IMG/VR virus record: IMGVR_UViG_3300045988_162372
DNA from: a virus
Length of the DNA stretch: 64,000 nucleotides
Direction: 5' to 3' (one strand)
Under the pieces are notes generated by a model that did not search any database, was not told the origin of the DNA, and saw nothing but the letters and a program-made list of their open reading frames with translations. The position numbers and the translations under genes are program-made. Positions 55,745-63,917 of this stretch are shown here, in pieces; position 1 is the stretch's first letter, and the number at the start of each line of letters is the position of its first letter.

Positions 55745-57232
55745 TTATTTTTTCTTGGTATTTTTGTCCAAAGCATCCAATCTAGCCATGAGTGATATTG
55801 TTTCTTGCAAATCTTCAGACTGATACATTTTTGTTTCAACAACAGGTTTTGTTGCGTTATTAGTCTTAGATTCAGACAACTGCTTATCAAGCAAATTATT
55901 AATTTTGGCGACTCTATCAGGATTTTTCAACTCAGTGTCAATAGCTGTGAATGTATCTTTTGCTTCCTGCAATGTTCTTACATTGTTGAACTTATTAATA
56001 ATACTCATTTTTTCTTCTTTTGAAGTTGAGTTCTCTGTTACAAGTTTGATGATTCTACTTAAGTTGTAATTAGCAACGATAGCTTCATTAATCTTGTTCT
56101 TAAGTTCTTCAACAATGCCTTTTAACTGTTTGTTTTCAGCAAAAATTTGATTTGCTTGACGCTTGATAGATTCCATTTGTTCACCACTGTAACGAGGTTT
56201 TTGCGTACTTGTATATTCTCCGCCTTTGCTTTGATTTCTTGCAGCACGTCCATTAGAATTAGGAACGTGTGATTTTGCTGTTGAATTCTGATTAGCAAAT
56301 CCTCCTACATTTGTGGCTTCTTCCACATTGTCATCAAATTCAATTTCAAATTCATCACTTTCGTTTACATTTTCTTCAAACGGATTCATTTCACTGCCTG
56401 CTTTACCGTAAGGTTTTTCAGTTCCAGTAGGAACTCCACCATCCATAGAGTAAGTTTCGCTTGATTTAGCAGGTTCATTGTTAGATGGTGTTGTCATAGC
56501 AGTTTTTTTCTGATAATCAGTTGTATAACCAGTTTCCTCATTTACTTTTCCGCATCCTTCATCGCAAGTGCAATTCTCTTTGTTTTTACCACAACTAGGA
56601 CATTTGTCATCAGACTCATTGCAACCTTCACCACATTGGCTTTCATCAGTGGCAGTCGCAGAAATATCAACGGAATCGCTATCGTTGTCAGTGGTATCTA
56701 CATTAACAACATATTGCTTATCCGTGTCATCATCATTGATAACAATTGTGCCTTGTGCATCATCTTTGAATACTCTTACACTATTAGCAGGGTCTTGTGC
56801 GACAAGTTTAAGAACTTTAACAACATTATCCTTATCCATATTACGCAAGTCAAATTCACCCGTTTCATCCTTGTATTGTTCAAGGTCTCCCCACATATCA
56901 TCGGTTTCATCTCCACCGTCTTCTAATTCACTTGTAGTTTCAACATCGTCTTTGACAGCAGGTAAATCATCACCAGTTTCGTCGCCAGACGTTGCAGAAT
57001 CATCAGTGCTTTCCTTGTCATCGTCGGGGGTAGGGACATCATCGACTTCTTCCTCTTCGTATGAATCATCATCTTCGTCAGCTTCTGAGATAAGTTTGCG
57101 AAGGTTTTTGTTAACCTCTTCGCTTACAATATCTTTCAAACTCTCGTTAGCCATTTCATCTAGCTTTTTCTTCAAAGTATCTTTTTCACTAACAAGATTT
57201 TTAATATATTCGCTTCTTATTTTATTATCCAT
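55745..57232 (-). CDS. prohead scaffolding protein (gp22-like by position and composition)
   Basis: 495 aa, very acidic with coiled-coil ends, between the protease and MCP genes. Contains a 7-Cys cluster, CGEGCNESDDKCPSCGKNKENCTCDEGC. Confidence 0.55.
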   Translation of the reverse strand: MDNKIRSEYIKNLVSEKDTLKKKLDEMANESLKDIVSEEVNKNLRKLISEADEDDDSYEEEEVDDVPTPDDDKESTDDSATSGDETGDDLPAVKDDVETTSELEDGGDETDDMWGDLEQYKDETGEFDLRNMDKDNVVKVLKLVAQDPANSVRVFKDDAQGTIVINDDDTDKQYVVNVDTTDNDSDSVDISATATDESQCGEGCNESDDKCPSCGKNKENCTCDEGCGKVNEETGYTTDYQKKTAMTTPSNNEPAKSSETYSMDGGVPTGTEKPYGKAGSEMNPFEENVNESDEFEIEFDDNVEEATNVGGFANQNSTAKSHVPNSNGRAARNQSKGGEYTSTQKPRYSGEQMESIKRQANQIFAENKQLKGIVEELKNKINEAIVANYNLSRIIKLVTENSTSKEEKMSIINKFNNVRTLQEAKDTFTAIDTELKNPDRVAKINNLLDKQLSESKTNNATKPVVETKMYQSEDLQETISLMARLDALDKNTKKK

Positions 57233-57264
57233 TAGAAAATATATTTTCTGTTAATTATTTAATT

Positions 57265-57272
57265 ATAAATAT
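57265..57272 (-). promoter_or_regulatory. putative late promoter core (sense ATATTTAT) within a shared 18-nt block
   Basis: 32 nt upstream of ATG 57232. The block spans 57255..57272. Confidence 0.5.
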
Positions 57273-57384
57273 TTTTCAGATTTAGAATGTATGCTCATTC
57301 CATATAAATAAATATGGTTTTAAACACAATAATTAATTATAATTTGCTACTGAAAATAATAATAGACATATCAAGACATAAAAA

Positions 57385-57423
57385 TAGTCCGTAAACAAGT
57401 AATACACACTCACTTACGGACTA
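57385..57423 (-). terminator. hairpin terminator after the protease gene
   Basis: tagtccgtaa / ttacggacta 10-bp stem with a 19-nt loop. T-run follows on the minus strand. Confidence 0.55.
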
Positions 57424-57449
57424 AATATATAATTGAATATTTCTAATTC

Positions 57450-58172
57450 TTAGAGCATTAATATTTTTTCTATTACATCAAGTTTAGTGTTTTCATATAA
57501 TGTAGACTTGCCTTTTTTTGTCTCATCATTCTCCATATATTGTTGCAATTCTTGGCGATTTGATTTAATATTTGCTCCAGGGGTACTTGGTTCTATCACC
57601 ACATCCCAACAGACTATTTCATAATCTTCACCAACAACAAAAGTTCCAAATTTTTGTTCAACACTTCCAACTCCACGAGATGAAACGCCAATTAGATAAC
57701 CAGATAACAACATATTTGCGACTAAATCTCCACTTGTAGAACAAACCCCATATTTAATATATCCTGGTGATAGATGTAGTTCCATCTCACCTATTAATGT
57801 ATGACCTTGCCATTCTAAGCTTAAAATATTATGAGCTATGTCATGTCCTGAAAGTGCGGAACTAGAAGGATGGTCTAGGCTGCCTAATGCATTATGATTC
57901 AATATTTTATCTTGGTATTTTTCAACTTCTCTTTTCAAAACATCTTCTGGATATATACGTCCATTAGCATTTTTGATGCCATATTTTTGGAATACAGCCG
58001 ATACAACAAAGTGTTCTGGAATTACAAATTTATGATTATTATTTATATCTTCATGTATCTGTTTAATTATATCCGTATCCCTGTTAATATGACCATCATG
58101 CTCAATAAGTAAACCTGTACCAGTTTGCCCTTTCTTTACTTCTGTAAGCTGTTCAAAATTAACATTATTCAT
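57450..58172 (-). CDS. prohead core protease (T4 gp21 family)
   Basis: KNANGRIYPEDVLKREVEKYQDKILNHNALGSLDHPSSS matches the gp21-family N.NgRiYp...GEl.HP region. Position between portal and scaffold. Confidence 0.7.
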   Translation of the reverse strand: MNNVNFEQLTEVKKGQTGTGLLIEHDGHINRDTDIIKQIHEDINNNHKFVIPEHFVVSAVFQKYGIKNANGRIYPEDVLKREVEKYQDKILNHNALGSLDHPSSSALSGHDIAHNILSLEWQGHTLIGEMELHLSPGYIKYGVCSTSGDLVANMLLSGYLIGVSSRGVGSVEQKFGTFVVGEDYEIVCWDVVIEPSTPGANIKSNRQELQQYMENDETKKGKSTLYENTKLDVIEKILML

Positions 58173-58202
58173 ATTTCAATCTACTATTTTACAATAAATA
58201 GC

Positions 58203-58211
58203 ATAAATATC
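58203..58211 (-). promoter_or_regulatory. putative late promoter core (sense GATATTTAT)
   Basis: 30 nt upstream of the protease ATG 58172, in the 42-nt intergenic gap. Confidence 0.45.
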
Positions 58212-58214
58212 TCA

Positions 58215-58640
58215 TTAACTGTAAAACATATTACTTTTTTCTAATAAGTTGGACAAATTATTATTAAATGCATTTACCAATGAAGAAATTTCACATTCAT
58301 AGTCTGAAATATTTTTTAATACAGAAGGTTTAACATACACATCATATTTAAGAAATGACTTTTTATTGTATGTCATACCATTTCCGTTCGTATCAAAATG
58401 ACAGATGTAATTGTTCCCAAATGATTTATTATCAACAATTAATTTTTTTACTGTCCTATTAAATTCATCTTTTATTCCAAGAATATCCTTTGAATAATCA
58501 GATTTCTTTGTTTTTGGAATTATTTTTGTTTTAGCTCTTATATAAATAACTTCTGGAATTTCTTTATTTAAAGAACCATATCTTACTGTGTATTTATCAG
58601 TATTTTGTAGTTTTATTTCTTTCTTACTTCTCTTGTTCAT
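58215..58640 (-). CDS. hypothetical basic protein; moron-like insert in the head operon
   Basis: 141-aa ORF with its own host-type promoter, preceded by a terminator hairpin. No motif recognised. Confidence 0.5.
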   Translation of the reverse strand: MNKRSKKEIKLQNTDKYTVRYGSLNKEIPEVIYIRAKTKIIPKTKKSDYSKDILGIKDEFNRTVKKLIVDNKSFGNNYICHFDTNGNGMTYNKKSFLKYDVYVKPSVLKNISDYECEISSLVNAFNNNLSNLLEKSNMFYS

Positions 58641-58679
58641 TTAATAGTTAAACATATTAAGTATATTATATATACAATG

Positions 58680-58710
58680 CAAATATACAACTTTTAACAC
58701 AAATAACAAA
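58680..58710 (-). promoter_or_regulatory. Bacteroidota sigma-A type promoter
   Basis: Minus-strand TTTG (58710..58707), 19 nt, TATATTTG (58687..58680). ATG at 58640. Confidence 0.6.
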
Positions 58711-58760
58711 ATGAAACATATATTATTAAATCGTTTTGTTAAATAATACATGTTTCATTT
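58709..58760 (-). terminator. long imperfect hairpin after 58788..59732
   Basis: aaatgaaacat / atgtttcattt 11-bp stem, extended by 7 further A:T pairs. Confidence 0.5.
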
Positions 58761-58787
58761 ATGTGTAATTGATATTATCGGTTATTC

Positions 58788-59732
58788 TTAATTTATTGTG
58801 TTTTTAATTTGATATAGTTTGATAATATTATCAATTCCGTCTTCCTCTTTATATTTCATTTCATCTACTTGTTTCATAATATTTCCCCATCTGTTTTTCT
58901 CATCTTCTGTATTTGAATTGGAGAAGGATTCATACAAACAACCTGATACCTCCTTTTTAATTCCGTTGAAAGCATCTTCTGTGTTGTTTCCATATTTAGC
59001 CATATTTTCAATCAAATTACGTTCATTTTCATTCAAACTCTCGTACATTTCTTGAGACTTAGAAACAGCAAAATTAAACATATTATCAATATCTGTTTTA
59101 TTTGAAGCACCTTTTTCGGTATGTTCTTTAAGATAGTTGACTATCACATCTTTGCAAGCTAAACACTCATTCAGGTTATTTAATGCTTTTTTATGTGTTA
59201 AAATATATTCAATGGCTTCATATAATCTTGCATCATCATCTGAAACAACCACTAATTCATTTCCTTTGTATTTGTGAATTATATCAATAAGTTTCTGGTT
59301 ATTTTCGCTAATTTCTTTTTTAGAAAACACAGGGGTTTGTTCCAATACCGAATTCAGATATTCAGTAGCGTCAACATTTTCATTGACAGACTTTAAAGCG
59401 TTATAAACATCAAATTGTTTTTTTAACACCTTGTTTTCTGAAATTAATTTCTTAATTTCATTAATCGCCTTTGCCTTTTTCTTATTCATAAACCATTTAG
59501 GAACGTTGGCTTCAATAATATTATAAGTAAGCCCAAAGTTTTTATTTTCTCTATAAATCATTTCTTGATTACCTGCTTGCATATTGACATATCTCTCTGC
59601 CATATCATACAGTTCATTTGCTTGTTTTCTTTCTTTATCAGCAGCTTCCATATTGCCTTCTGCATATTTCTTTAATGCACCTTGCATCAAAGTGTTTGCC
59701 CTTGTATATAAATCGTGTATATTGTTATCCAT
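58788..59732 (-). CDS. hypothetical head-module protein
   Basis: 314-aa helical protein downstream of the portal gene. Confidence 0.5.
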   Translation of the reverse strand: MDNNIHDLYTRANTLMQGALKKYAEGNMEAADKERKQANELYDMAERYVNMQAGNQEMIYRENKNFGLTYNIIEANVPKWFMNKKKAKAINEIKKLISENKVLKKQFDVYNALKSVNENVDATEYLNSVLEQTPVFSKKEISENNQKLIDIIHKYKGNELVVVSDDDARLYEAIEYILTHKKALNNLNECLACKDVIVNYLKEHTEKGASNKTDIDNMFNFAVSKSQEMYESLNENERNLIENMAKYGNNTEDAFNGIKKEVSGCLYESFSNSNTEDEKNRWGNIMKQVDEMKYKEEDGIDNIIKLYQIKNTIN

Positions 59733-59758
59733 TGTTTTTACAGTCTAATACTTTATAA

Positions 59759-59767
59759 ATAAATATC
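59759..59767 (-). promoter_or_regulatory. putative late promoter core (sense GATATTTAT)
   Basis: 26 nt upstream of ATG 59732. Confidence 0.45.
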
Positions 59768-59769
59768 TT

Positions 59770-61824
59770 TCAGTCTTTCTTCTTTGTAAATTCGTTTAAT
59801 TGTTTCTGTAATGAATCCAATTCTTCATTGATTAAAAAATTTTTATTAAGAAGAGGTATTCTTTCTACATTGTCTTTTTTTTCTTTTTCAATCCTTTCTT
59901 CGTTAATCTTCTTTTTTAACAACTCTGCGTAATGTTTTTCTCGCTTTTGTAAATCAAGGGAAATTTTCTTCTGCTTCCGTAATGTTTCAGTAAGAAGTTT
60001 TTTCATATATCTACTTCCAAGATTTTCGTTAGCTTGTTCGGGTTGTCCGCCTTCTATACCTCCGTTATCCTCATTAGCGGCATTTTCAATGTCCATTTCT
60101 CCTTCTTGACCGTTATCAATTTCTTCACCACCCATATCTTCTTCGCCAAAATCTACATCACCGCCGCCAATAGCAGCACCAGCAGAGCTACTTCCACCTC
60201 CCATTACACTACCATCGTCTGCGCCTTCTTCGGGAGTATCACTATACTCTGCCCCTGCTTCGCCATATACATTATCAACTGGATCAAATATACCTGTTCT
60301 TTTAATAATTTGGAATGTCTTTTTCAATTCGCCTGCAAGTGCATTTTCAAGACGTAATTCTTCAAGGTTATCTGCGATCTCTTTATCAGACCATTTAAGG
60401 ATTGTTTTCCAAGCTCTTGTTACAGACATTAAAGGAATACCATTACCGCCATCAGTAATAGCATCTTTCGCTGTTGTTATTTTCTTCGCAAGATTTTCAA
60501 TTTCCAGCATTTCTGCCTGAGATGACGGGTTGTTCATTGTAATTGTAAAATTAGTTAACTCATCAGTTAAACCTAATAAAATTAAATGCACAATAGCAAC
60601 CTTATTCAACTCCATAATTAATGCTTGTTGTATTCTATTCACAGTTTTAGAGAAACGTACATCCAACAACGAAAGATTTTTACCATCGCCTTGTGCCTCT
60701 TCAAAATTCAAGAATGATTTTGGTACACGCAATGCTGTAAAGACCTTATTTTGAATAAATTTAATATCATCAATGGCATTCAAATTTTGTGCGGCTGGCA
60801 ATGTTTCAATAGGATTAGGAGCATCATCAGAACGTACAGGAATAAAAAAATCTTCAGTATTTGCCAAAATGTTTTTTCTTAAATCAATTTGACCAGTCAA
60901 AGGATCTATAATAGGGGTACGTTTAAATTCGTTTGCGATTTGCTGCACATAAGCAGGTACGTCTTGCTCGTCAATTGCACCCACATTTATTTTAAATACA
61001 CGCCTTTCAACAGAACGTTCCAAACGATAAACCAACATACTATCTTCCATCATTGACAACAGTCTGAAATGCCTTCTAGCTTTTTGTAAAAAACTGCAAC
61101 CATACGGAAGGAATATTGAATTATAAAGCAGCCTAAAATGTGCAATTTGCCAATCTTGATATGGTATATATTCATTTGTACCTACCCACACAAATTTTGT
61201 TGAATTTTGCATATATGGATTTACATTGCTTAGTTGTGTATATGCACTTGCATAAGGATTTTCCATACCATTTTCATACCTTTCAATCTCATAAACAGGT
61301 AATTCCTTCCATCCAGTTACCCCATTTTTATCATCAATATTGAGTAATAAGAAGTCATTTCCATATTTACACATGCATCTACATATCATAGGAAGCATTA
61401 CATTTATGGAAAGTCGGTTTACAAATAAATCCTGTAATATTGCTTTTACACGTTCAGAACCAGAAGTAATATTGATTACGCATCCACTATCACCAATATA
61501 ATTACATTCTTCCGTAACAATATCTAAAGCAGTACCAATTTCGGGAAATAAATCCATTAAATCGGCCTCACGATAACACAATTTAATTTCATTTAAACTT
61601 GCAAGAGAACGGTTAGTTATATCATATTGCGCACGTTTCCATTGTTTTGCTAAAAGATGCTGCTGCCTTGCTTGTAAAGCAGCCTTATCATATTCATCTT
61701 TATCTTTCGTTTTAACAATAATATCATCAGGATTTGCTCTTTGAACATTGTAATTGTTTACAATAGCACCATTCCCTGAGAACATACTATTGATACGTTG
61801 AAATATAGTAGGTTTTTTTGCCAT
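59770..61824 (-). CDS. portal protein (gp20-like)
   Basis: 684 aa directly downstream of terL. YREADLMDLFPEIGTALDIVTEECN resembles the conserved portal region (..pEi..ald..adea). Gly/acidic-rich C-terminal tail. Confidence 0.65.
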   Translation of the reverse strand: MAKKPTIFQRINSMFSGNGAIVNNYNVQRANPDDIIVKTKDKDEYDKAALQARQQHLLAKQWKRAQYDITNRSLASLNEIKLCYREADLMDLFPEIGTALDIVTEECNYIGDSGCVINITSGSERVKAILQDLFVNRLSINVMLPMICRCMCKYGNDFLLLNIDDKNGVTGWKELPVYEIERYENGMENPYASAYTQLSNVNPYMQNSTKFVWVGTNEYIPYQDWQIAHFRLLYNSIFLPYGCSFLQKARRHFRLLSMMEDSMLVYRLERSVERRVFKINVGAIDEQDVPAYVQQIANEFKRTPIIDPLTGQIDLRKNILANTEDFFIPVRSDDAPNPIETLPAAQNLNAIDDIKFIQNKVFTALRVPKSFLNFEEAQGDGKNLSLLDVRFSKTVNRIQQALIMELNKVAIVHLILLGLTDELTNFTITMNNPSSQAEMLEIENLAKKITTAKDAITDGGNGIPLMSVTRAWKTILKWSDKEIADNLEELRLENALAGELKKTFQIIKRTGIFDPVDNVYGEAGAEYSDTPEEGADDGSVMGGGSSSAGAAIGGGDVDFGEEDMGGEEIDNGQEGEMDIENAANEDNGGIEGGQPEQANENLGSRYMKKLLTETLRKQKKISLDLQKREKHYAELLKKKINEERIEKEKKDNVERIPLLNKNFLINEELDSLQKQLNEFTKKKD

Positions 61825-61849
61825 TATCTTAAAATTAGTTTATAATACT

Positions 61850-61857
61850 ATAAATAT
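61850..61857 (-). promoter_or_regulatory. putative late promoter core (sense ATATTTAT)
   Basis: 25 nt upstream of the portal ATG 61824. Confidence 0.4.
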
Positions 61858-61858
61858 A

Positions 61859-61890
61859 ATGGTTTGAAAGAGATTAATCAATCAAACCAT
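61859..61890 (-). terminator. hairpin after terL
   Basis: atggtttga / tcaaaccat 9-bp stem with a 14-nt loop. Confidence 0.4.
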
Positions 61891-61948
61891 ATATCAAACA
61901 TTATTCCTAGTCAACCAAAATAGGTTGTTTTCCAAAAATCAACCATAT

Positions 61949-63847
61949 TTAGTTGTGCGTTTTCTTAAACTTTTTAACGCATCCCAAAAGCATCATTGCA
62001 GCAAATCTTCTCTGCTCATCATTTGCACCTTTACTTGAATAGAAAGGAAGCTGATGTTTAGGTTTTGTTGAAGATATATCAATAGTTTGATTGAGGTTTC
62101 TTACATTATAATTCTGTGTTTTTGCACTTGCAATAAACCAAGATGAAACAATTGTACTGTCTTTGGCTTTGATTTTATCACGTCTAATCATATAAAATTG
62201 CATGACAAATAATCCCATTGCAAGACAAGTAAGCAAGTCGTCATGCTGCCCGTCCATATGGTCTGGTCTTCCGTTTTTATATACCCAGGTCTCCAATTCA
62301 TTGATTGTTCTCATTGAGTGAACTCTGAATGAATTATCCTTAAGCATATTTACAAAATTTGAAATCATTTGCAAACGTAAAGAATTTGTTCTAAAACCAG
62401 GTAACTGCTTTTCATTTTCCTTACCTATATTTTTAGTGTTTGCCAGATTTGTATTTGTATAGTTTTTTAATGATGGATCATCATAATAAAGATTGGGATA
62501 ATTCATTTCCAATAAGGATAATACAATAGAATCACCATAACCACCTATTGCCTCCACAACAGCTAATGCTTCATTATAGATTTTCCCATATCTATCTATT
62601 AATTGTGCAACCTCATTCCCATTTAATTTTCCGTTATATTCTAATACCTGTTCAAAACATGGGATTCCGTTTTTATCTATGGCATCTACATCAATTACTT
62701 GTATTGCAGTAAAATCTTCACCACTTCCAGAACTAGGGTCACAAGAGATTATATATCTATGGTTTGGTACTGGGTCTTTCCATATCCAAGTTTCATGAAC
62801 TGCTAAATCTTTTAAGTTCCAATCATCAGTTATTTCAATCACATTTTGTTGCAGTTGCATTTCAATTGTATCAACTGGTACGACGTTATCACTTGAACCC
62901 AAGAATGATACGTTAATCTCTTGATTTATTTTTATTTCATCATTATTAAAGGATTTGCAAGTATTTTCATACCACGGAGATGTCGGTTTCCATCCGTCTT
63001 GTTCCAATTGTTTCCATCGTTTTTCGTCATAAACAATGTTACCTTTTTTATCTATTACTGTGTCATAACTCCATTCAATTTCTCCATTGGTATTTTTTCT
63101 TGACCATTTCAAATGTCTATTATAACGTGGGTCTTGAAACCATCTAAATTCTACGACATGAAAATTGTTTTCTTTCTTAACTGCTTTTGAATATGTGTTG
63201 TAATATAATGCATCTTTACCGTTTGGTGTAGAAATCATTACAACTTTTGCTCCTTTCACTGTGTTTGTTGCTGCTACTGCTTGTGTATATACAGAAACTC
63301 CATTTTGGATAAACGCTGCCTCATCAAGGATTAACGCACTCACGCTAGGGATACCTCTTGAGGCATTTACGCCACTTGAACGAGCATACACTTTGCAACC
63401 GTTAAATAATTCCAATTTTGCTTTATTTCTTGTTTTAAAAATAGACTTAGTATTCTTAGGGGAATTAGGATCTGGTGAAAAATAATCACTACCCCACATC
63501 CATCTTGGAACTTGTTCCAAAAATGTTGCAACATTCTCCAATAATTGTTGAGATATATCAAGCTTGTTTCCGATACAAAGCACAGTTTCTGGTGAATCAG
63601 GATTTGCAAAAACTAACTGTCCAGTTACCCACGCAGAAGTTACTGTTGTTATTCCACTTTGTCGGGGTTTTATTGTAACAATATTATTGTATTGAGTTAA
63701 TGCTTTAACTAGTTCTATTTGTCGGGGAAACAATCTAAACGGAACTTCTTTTCTTTCGGTCGCATTATACGTTGAAAGATAATTTTCAATGAAATACTGC
63801 CTCGTTTTATCTTTATAACATTTGAGATATTCTAATTTATAATCCAT
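61949..63847 (-). CDS. terL: terminase large subunit
   Basis: Walker A-like KPRQSGITTVTSAW, Walker B ALILDEAAFI, C-terminal nuclease region HMDGQHDDLLTCLAMGL. 632 aa. Confidence 0.85.
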   Translation of the reverse strand: MDYKLEYLKCYKDKTRQYFIENYLSTYNATERKEVPFRLFPRQIELVKALTQYNNIVTIKPRQSGITTVTSAWVTGQLVFANPDSPETVLCIGNKLDISQQLLENVATFLEQVPRWMWGSDYFSPDPNSPKNTKSIFKTRNKAKLELFNGCKVYARSSGVNASRGIPSVSALILDEAAFIQNGVSVYTQAVAATNTVKGAKVVMISTPNGKDALYYNTYSKAVKKENNFHVVEFRWFQDPRYNRHLKWSRKNTNGEIEWSYDTVIDKKGNIVYDEKRWKQLEQDGWKPTSPWYENTCKSFNNDEIKINQEINVSFLGSSDNVVPVDTIEMQLQQNVIEITDDWNLKDLAVHETWIWKDPVPNHRYIISCDPSSGSGEDFTAIQVIDVDAIDKNGIPCFEQVLEYNGKLNGNEVAQLIDRYGKIYNEALAVVEAIGGYGDSIVLSLLEMNYPNLYYDDPSLKNYTNTNLANTKNIGKENEKQLPGFRTNSLRLQMISNFVNMLKDNSFRVHSMRTINELETWVYKNGRPDHMDGQHDDLLTCLAMGLFVMQFYMIRRDKIKAKDSTIVSSWFIASAKTQNYNVRNLNQTIDISSTKPKHQLPFYSSKGANDEQRRFAAMMLLGCVKKFKKTHN

Positions 63848-63872
63848 AAAATAATGATAAAAGCGTTATATA

Positions 63873-63880
63873 ATAAATAT
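63873..63880 (-). promoter_or_regulatory. putative late promoter core (sense ATATTTAT), embedded in hairpin 63863..63885
   Basis: 25 nt upstream of the terL ATG 63847. Confidence 0.4.
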
Positions 63881-63917
63881 AACGCCAAATTGAAAAATAG
63901 TAAAATTCTGTATAATT

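Noticed and set aside
56568-57254. 228-aa Ser/Leu-rich plus-strand ORF
   Set aside because: It is the antisense shadow of the Glu/Asp-rich scaffold gene (GAA/GAT codons read as TTC/ATC). It is low-complexity and has no promoter or start context.
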